In this document: one piece after another, positions 59,068 through 64,000 of the stretch
Position numbering within the stretch: position 1 is the stretch's first letter
How the letters are laid out: each line of letters opens with the position of its first letter
Assembly (NCBI GenBank): GCA_964573135.1
Contig: CAZNIO010000001.1
Span: 28,612 to 92,611 of the forward strand
Length of the DNA stretch: 64,000 nucleotides
Reading direction: 5' to 3'
Source of the DNA: an uncultured Gammaproteobacteria bacterium
GTDB taxonomy: Bacteria > Patescibacteriota > Patescibacteriia > UBA2196 > GWA2-42-15
The notes under the pieces: generated by a model
Database searches by the model: none
Seen by the model: only the letters and a program-made list of their open reading frames with translations
What the model was told of the DNA's origin: nothing
Program-made: the position numbers and the translations under genes

Positions 59068-59994
59068 TTATAATATCTTAACAGCCTCTCCAGCTACACT
59101 TTCTAAAAAGTGTAGTTTTAAAGCCAACATTAGAAGTAAAAGCAAAAGTACAAAAATTAAATGCAATATAATAGGTTTATGCTGTACTTTTATACGAATA
59201 AATATTGTTAAAATTAAATTTATTATCATAAACACTGCCAATACCAATAGAATCTTTTCTGTATAAAAAACAATCTTACTCACCTTGCTCCTGTATTTAG
59301 TATCACGAAAAGTTACCTCAATCTCTTCTCCGCCTCCAACAAGCGTCACTCCAGCCACCTGTGTTGCCTGCTCACCAGCCGATGGCCCAAACTCAGCTAC
59401 ATTTGAAGTCACAAAACTCTTGCCAAAATGCTGTACTACGACTGTAGTTTGCTTGCCTTCTATTTCGCCCACCATCACAGCCACGCCAATCTCATCATAG
59501 TTATTATTCAACATATTTTCTCTATGTGTTGGGCTCAAAAGCCAGGCTTCAATAGCTTCTTCAGCATCAGAAAAATTCATGGCTAAATTTTCACCCGCAT
59601 ATGTGTAGTTATATCCTGCTTGGCGAAACCATTCCCAAGGATTAACTCCTTGGGGAGAATCATGGTCAAAATATCCATACTTAACCATGTCTTTCGCCTT
59701 CATCATAGCTGACTCATCTAAAATACTATTATGTGAAAGAATTGATGATCCTGCCTCTATCCTCGCCTTATTAGTCAGCTCAACTATTCGGTTGACTGTA
59801 ACAGTAGAAAATTCAGCCACATTCGGCGCTACAATCAAAAAAGAGCATAAAACAAAAATCTTTATGCCCAAAATTAAAGCGCTATAGAAATGTAGAGCTT
59901 TATGCCGCACCAAATGAGGCTTGTGATCATTATGCTCACTTGGAATTATATAATGGTGCAGTCTTTTTTTTGGTGGTTTTGCTATAAACATCAA
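59068..59994 (-). CDS. CAP-domain (SCP/PR-1/YkwD-like) protein with N- and C-terminal membrane segments
   Basis: GYNYTYAGENLA...AWLLSPTHRENML...YDEIGVAV matches bacterial YkwD-type CAP domains. There is 1 nt between it and the pilin gene. Confidence 0.65.
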   Translation of the reverse strand: MMFIAKPPKKRLHHYIIPSEHNDHKPHLVRHKALHFYSALILGIKIFVLCSFLIVAPNVAEFSTVTVNRIVELTNKARIEAGSSILSHNSILDESAMMKAKDMVKYGYFDHDSPQGVNPWEWFRQAGYNYTYAGENLAMNFSDAEEAIEAWLLSPTHRENMLNNNYDEIGVAVMVGEIEGKQTTVVVQHFGKSFVTSNVAEFGPSAGEQATQVAGVTLVGGGEEIEVTFRDTKYRSKVSKIVFYTEKILLVLAVFMIINLILTIFIRIKVQHKPIILHLIFVLLLLLLMLALKLHFLESVAGEAVKIL

Positions 59995-60190
59995 TAGATA
60001 TTTATTTTTAAAAAGTATCCAAAATACAATACAATCTATATTATCCCATTTATTACACCTTTATTGTAGCAAACTTTAGGGAAAAACAAAATAAAACACG
60101 TAATTAAAATCAAAAAACTACATAGTTATAAGTAGTTTTTTGTGTTAATGACACTTTAATGAAAACATTATTAACCCAGCTATCTATAAT

Positions 60191-60358
60191 TTAAGTAATC
60201 TTCGCTCTTGATCCTTTTAAAAACTCTTTACTAAACTGATGGATATCAAACTTTTTATGTCGCTTCATATAACTTTTTGTAAAATCATTTCTAAATCGAC
60301 GTATTTTATCCACTACGCTTCTGTTCTCATTTACATTTTGTATATTATTTTCCTTCAT
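60191..60358 (-). CDS. Small basic ORF (55 aa) overlapping the 3' end of the PIN gene; possible partner (antitoxin?) of the PIN protein
   Basis: Hand translation: MKENNIQNVNENRSVVDKIRRFRNDFTKSYMKRHKKFDIHQFSKEFLKGSRAKIT. Not in the ORF track because it is under 60 aa. Its start lies 11 nt upstream of the PIN stop. Confidence 0.25.
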   Translation of the reverse strand: MKENNIQNVNENRSVVDKIRRFRNDFTKSYMKRHKKFDIHQFSKEFLKGSRAKIT

Positions 60359-60827
60359 ATGATTTTATTATTTCTTCAGGTGTCGTCAACTGAGGAATAC
60401 TTAAATTATTTTTAACATTAAATTCCGTTAATTTCTTCCTTCTGCCGGGATTGGCCATATGCGTAATATTCCAAGTCACTAAATAATCTATCTTATGAAT
60501 GGTCGCACAAGCGATATGCAAGGCATCAATCGGATATGACACTGGAATTATTCCAGCCTTTAAATACTCGTCTGCCAAATTCTCAACCATCTCATTAATT
60601 TTTAAAATTTCAAACTCATTAATTAACTTAATTATATTGCCTCTTTTAATAATATCTTGCGTTCTTTTTACTTCCTGAAGTGTAGCTTGAGAAATAAAAC
60701 TAAAAAAATTCTTAAGGTGGTCTTCCCAAAGTAACCTTGTAATTGCCGTCTGCTCTGGCGCAGTCGTATCATAAAAACTACTTGGCACCGACGTATCAAA
60801 ATAAATTTTTAACGTTACTCTGCTCAT
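60345..60827 (-). CDS. PIN-domain protein (VapC-like)
   Basis: IYFDTSV (first acidic residue) and DALHIACA (conserved D in a helix) fit PIN spacing. 160 aa. Confidence 0.5.
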   Translation of the reverse strand: MSRVTLKIYFDTSVPSSFYDTTAPEQTAITRLLWEDHLKNFFSFISQATLQEVKRTQDIIKRGNIIKLINEFEILKINEMVENLADEYLKAGIIPVSYPIDALHIACATIHKIDYLVTWNITHMANPGRRKKLTEFNVKNNLSIPQLTTPEEIIKSYEGK

Positions 60828-61043
60828 TAATAATATTATACCGTATATTATTCAATTTGTCAAAAATCCGAAATTTCTATCAAATCAAACACTTATCAAC
60901 ACATTCTAAATTTCCCTGCCCTTGACAACCAAGAAGCACCACCTTAAAATTAATCTATAGCTAAAATTAGCTAACTTATTACATAGTTTTAGCTAACTAC
61001 AGGGAAATTAACTTCCCGCCTTTTTAGCACTCACGTAAATTTT

Positions 61044-61397
61044 ATGGATAAACAAGAAAACCCTCAAATATTAAACCCAGAAAGTGAACAAAAAGTAAGA
61101 AAAGAAGGCGAGTTTAAGCAAAAAGCAAATCAGATGAGAGAAGGCTACCGCCACCGAGCATTTATACTTATGCTTGAATTAGCTGTCATCATCGCTATCC
61201 CTGCTTTTGTTGCCCTTATCATTGGTAAAAAAATTGATGCTCGCCTGCAAGGCGATTTTCAATATACCTTGCCTCTTCTAGCTCTTGCTTTCATTCTCTC
61301 TTGGGCCATTATTATATTAAAATACGTTAAATTTAATAAACACATTAAAAAGGTTGATGATCAAATTAGACAAGAAAAAGAGAAATTAGATAAATAA
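61044..61397 (+). CDS. AtpZ/AtpI-like small membrane protein preceding atpB
   Basis: 117 aa with two TM segments. By position it matches atpI/atpZ. Confidence 0.4.
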   Translation: MDKQENPQILNPESEQKVRKEGEFKQKANQMREGYRHRAFILMLELAVIIAIPAFVALIIGKKIDARLQGDFQYTLPLLALAFILSWAIIILKYVKFNKHIKKVDDQIRQEKEKLDK

Positions 61398-61400
61398 ATT

Positions 61401-62198
61401 ATGTTTTTACAAGTACCGGCTGACAAACCGCCCCTACAACCAGATATCTTATTCAATATCTTTGGCTGGCCAATTACCAATACCTTTATAATGATTTGGC
61501 TTATTATAGCCCTGCTTGTTATAATCTTCCTTAAAATTAGAAAATTTAAAACAAAACCAACCGGCAAATTCCAACATATTACAGAAATGATGTATGAAGT
61601 TATGCATTCATTTATTGGCCAGCTAACTGGCAGTAAAAAACATGCTAAGGCTATCTTTCCACTAATTGCAACCATCTTTGTCTTTGTTGGATTTTCCAAT
61701 CTAATAGGTCTTATTCCTCTTTTAACCAGTATTACATATAAAGGCACAGCTCTATTTAGAACACCAACCAATGATTTTAATACAACCTTCAGTATGGCTC
61801 TAGGAATAGTCATCCTAACTCATGTTATAAGTATTAAAGAATGGGGCCTACTTGGCCATTTAGGAAAATACTTCAAATTCAAAGAAGTATTCCTTGGATT
61901 TAAAAAAAGTTTTGGCGATGGCATGACTGCCATCATTGATTTCTTTATTGGAATATTAGATATTATATCAGAAGTAGCAAAGACCATTTCACTTTCCCTA
62001 CGTTTGTTCGGCAATATGTATGCTGGTGAAGTTTTAACCGTTGTAATATTCGCAGGCCTAGCATATGGATTGCCATCAATTTGGCTAGCCATGAGTTTGC
62101 TGGTAGCAGTAGTACAAACCATTGTTTTTGGCTCCCTAACCGTGGCCTACTATATGATGGCTGTCAAACCAGAAAAAGTAGAAGAATTGCAAAATTAA
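61401..62198 (+). CDS. atpB: F0F1 ATP synthase subunit a
   Basis: Conserved LSLRLFGNMYAGEV helix with the essential Arg. Confidence 0.9.
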   Translation: MFLQVPADKPPLQPDILFNIFGWPITNTFIMIWLIIALLVIIFLKIRKFKTKPTGKFQHITEMMYEVMHSFIGQLTGSKKHAKAIFPLIATIFVFVGFSNLIGLIPLLTSITYKGTALFRTPTNDFNTTFSMALGIVILTHVISIKEWGLLGHLGKYFKFKEVFLGFKKSFGDGMTAIIDFFIGILDIISEVAKTISLSLRLFGNMYAGEVLTVVIFAGLAYGLPSIWLAMSLLVAVVQTIVFGSLTVAYYMMAVKPEKVEELQN

Positions 62199-62236
62199 AA
62201 GTCTAAAAAGCATTTACTAATTAATTATATAAAAAT

Positions 62237-62452
62237 ATGGAAATAGATTCAGCAAGACTTATTGCTAAAGGAATATGTACCATCGCCATGGGTGGCTCTG
62301 GTATTGGTGAAGGTTATCTTATTGGTAAAGCCCTAGAAGCTATGGGTAGAAATCCAGAAATGGAAGGCAGTCTTTTCTCTAAAATGATTATCGGTGTAGC
62401 TTTGGCAGAATCAACCGCTATTTACGCTTTCGTCGCTTTCTTTATAGTTTAA
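62237..62452 (+). CDS. atpE: F0F1 ATP synthase subunit c
   Basis: 71-aa hairpin proteolipid with a GxGxGxG helix and an essential Glu (ALAEST). Confidence 0.9.
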   Translation: MEIDSARLIAKGICTIAMGGSGIGEGYLIGKALEAMGRNPEMEGSLFSKMIIGVALAESTAIYAFVAFFIV

Positions 62453-62515
62453 CCCGTGATGCGTGGCCAGTATCTATTTACTGGTTACCAATTACTGGTT
62501 ACTTAATATAAATTT

Positions 62516-63010
62516 ATGGATATCCTAGAAATTCTCGGTAAAATTGGTTTTGATTGGCGCATGGGTTTAGCCAACCTGGTTAATTTCCTAATAATCTTCT
62601 GGTTGCTAAAAAAATATGCCTTTGGCCCTATTGCTAAAAAAATAAAGGAAAGAGACGAGAAAATACAAAAAGGACTAGACGACGCCACTCAAGCAGCCTC
62701 AGAAATTACCATGGCCAAGGAAAACTATGAAAAAAAAATAAATGAAGCCAAACGTGAAGCCAACCTAATTATAACCAAAGCCTCAGAACAAGGTAAAGAA
62801 TTAGTTAATCAAGCTGCCAATGACGCCCAGGGCAAAGCAGAAAAAATAATTAGTGATGCCAAAAATGTTATCATTAAAGAAAAAGAAAACATGATGGCAC
62901 AAGTTAAAGAAGAAACAGTTGAATTAGCAGTTGAAATTTCTTCCAAAATTCTTAAAGAAAAGTTAGATAAAGATAAGAACGAAGCTTTAATTAAAAAATT
63001 AGTTTCCTAA
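62516..63010 (+). CDS. atpF: F0F1 ATP synthase subunit b
   Basis: N-terminal TM plus a long charged helix. Position in the operon. 164 aa. Confidence 0.8.
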   Translation: MDILEILGKIGFDWRMGLANLVNFLIIFWLLKKYAFGPIAKKIKERDEKIQKGLDDATQAASEITMAKENYEKKINEAKREANLIITKASEQGKELVNQAANDAQGKAEKIISDAKNVIIKEKENMMAQVKEETVELAVEISSKILKEKLDKDKNEALIKKLVS

Positions 63011-63012
63011 TT

Positions 63013-63402
63013 ATGTTCTATAGCTCAAAACAATTAGCCAAATCCCTAGTAGAACTTATCAAAGAAAATCCCACTAAACAAGAAGAAATTATCAAAGATT
63101 TTCTAATTTTTTGTAAAGAAAAAAATTTACTCAATCAATTATCTAATATAATAAAACATTTAGAAATTATTGATAAAAATAAATCAGACTTGGAGCAATT
63201 ACATATTCATAGCGCTCAACCCTTGAGTCAAAATATAATACAACGTATACAGAAATTAGTTGGCGCAGCCAATCAAGTCACAGTCAATACCCAAGAAAAC
63301 AAGGATATCCAAGGTGGCTTTATCGCCAAATACAATGGTATGATTTACGACGCTAGCGTCAAAACACAACTTTCAAATTTAAAACAATCAATCCAAGTTT
63401 GA
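63013..63402 (+). CDS. atpH: F0F1 ATP synthase subunit delta (short form)
   Basis: C-terminal GGFIAKYNGMIYDASVKTQLSNLK matches the delta/OSCP C-terminal domain. Only 129 aa. Confidence 0.7.
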   Translation: MFYSSKQLAKSLVELIKENPTKQEEIIKDFLIFCKEKNLLNQLSNIIKHLEIIDKNKSDLEQLHIHSAQPLSQNIIQRIQKLVGAANQVTVNTQENKDIQGGFIAKYNGMIYDASVKTQLSNLKQSIQV

Positions 63403-63403
63403 C

Positions 63404-63439
63404 ATATTTAAGTATATAATATATTATATACTTAAATAT
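63404..63439. promoter_or_regulatory. 17-bp-arm perfect inverted repeat (ATATTTAAGTATATAAT-AT-ATTATATACTTAAATAT); candidate operator of the downstream TA module
   Basis: Seen directly. It lies 24 nt upstream of the antitoxin start, in the atpH-antitoxin gap. Confidence 0.5.
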
Positions 63440-63462
63440 ATAATAAACTAAGTATAAAATAC

Positions 63463-63768
63463 ATGAATACAAAAATTTTACAAACGGGATTCTTGCCACG
63501 TACTGTTTCTGTCAGTGATCTGCAAAAAAAAACAAAAAATATTTTTGCAGACATGACTGAGCAAGACTCACCCACCCTGGTGCTTAATCGCAACGAAAAA
63601 GTTGGTGTTTTACTAAAACCAAAAATTTACGAGGAACTAATGGAAGTATATGAAGATTATTTAGATGGGTTGGAATTAGCAAAAGCAGTTGAAAATAGCT
63701 CCGCAGCAGATATGGTGCCCTGGGAAAAAGTAAGAAAAAAATTACAAAAAGAAGGTAGATTGTCTTAA
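63463..63768 (+). CDS. Type II antitoxin, Phd/YefM family
   Basis: 101 aa. ...TLVLNRNEKVGVLLKPKIYEEL... is a Phd/YefM-like fold signature. It sits directly upstream of a RelE/ParE-like ORF. Confidence 0.55.
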   Translation: MNTKILQTGFLPRTVSVSDLQKKTKNIFADMTEQDSPTLVLNRNEKVGVLLKPKIYEELMEVYEDYLDGLELAKAVENSSAADMVPWEKVRKKLQKEGRLS

Positions 63769-63773
63769 AAATA

Positions 63774-64000
63774 TGTATAAAATAATTTTAGATAAAAAAG
63801 CGGAAAAAAGCCTAGATAAAATACCGGACCAGATCCTTCAAAAAATTGATAACGCCATTCAAATTATTAAAAATAATCCGTTCGTTTTTAATCCTAAAAT
63901 TAAAAAATTGCACAAGCCTTTAAGCGGCTACCGCTATAAAATATGGCCATACAGAATTTTATACACTATTGATGAAAAGAAAAAAGAGATATCAATTTAC
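63774..64000 (+). CDS. Type II toxin, RelE/ParE family (partial; runs off the window end)
   Basis: Starts MYKIILDKKAEKSLDKIPDQILQKIDNAIQIIKNNPF...LSGYRYKIWPYRILYTIDEKKKEISIY, which is the RelE/ParE pattern. Confidence 0.55.

Overview
This is a low-GC (~33%), gene-dense window with nearly all genes on the minus strand. The first ~35 kb is core housekeeping; the last ~29 kb is accessory. The gene content looks like a small-genome Patescibacteria/CPR-type bacterium; that placement is an inference. Calls rest on reading the supplied translations for family-defining motifs and on scanning the DNA on both strands. No HMM, BLAST or covariance-model search was run, so every family assignment is motif-based.

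Core part (0-35 kb):
- A cell-surface glycan locus: a partial GT4 glycosyltransferase, a Wzx-like flippase, rfbB, a cupin sugar epimerase and a GT39-like glycosyltransferase, plus ahcY and a HIT protein.
- deoD, then a ribosomal/RNAP operon infA-rpmJ-rpsM-rpsK-rpsD-rpoA-rplQ-rplM-rpsI. rpmJ is missing from the ORF track and was found by hand.
- A secreted protein carrying a type-A T9SS C-terminal sorting domain.
- A CBS/DUF21 protein, a short alaS, rnhA, recJ, cysS, dus, murJ, pyrG, rplI, ctpA and a polyprenyl-phosphate sugar transferase.
- A bacterial type-A RNase P RNA on the minus strand at about 35109-35474, underlying two spurious track ORFs.

Accessory part (35.5-64 kb):
- A defence-like cluster: a HEPN/MNT pair with tandem palindromic operators, an orphan MNT and an AbiEi/AbiEii pair.
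- A three-gene cassette bracketed by two copies of a homologous ~80-bp terminator-like element that share an identical 29-bp core. Its genes are an 809-aa protein with two GGDEF-like palm domains, a 1175-aa SWIM + SNF2 helicase and a DUF4143 AAA ATPase. This cassette is my best candidate for the undescribed system.
- An ~830-bp ORF-free region dense in long inverted repeats, a candidate structured RNA.
- A 1526-aa surface protein (VWA, Myxococcus-type Cys-rich repeats, lamin-tail domain, SdrD-B-like repeats, C-terminal multi-TM anchor) co-oriented with two secreted proteins.
- A CAP-domain protein with a type IV pilin, a PIN-domain protein, and the atpZ-B-E-F-H genes. The atp operon is interrupted after atpH by a Phd/RelE toxin-antitoxin module with a 17-bp-arm palindromic operator.

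Three Phd/RelE or HEPN/MNT-type TA modules and an AbiE module are present in total. No rRNA, tRNA, CRISPR array, integrase or transposase was recognised.
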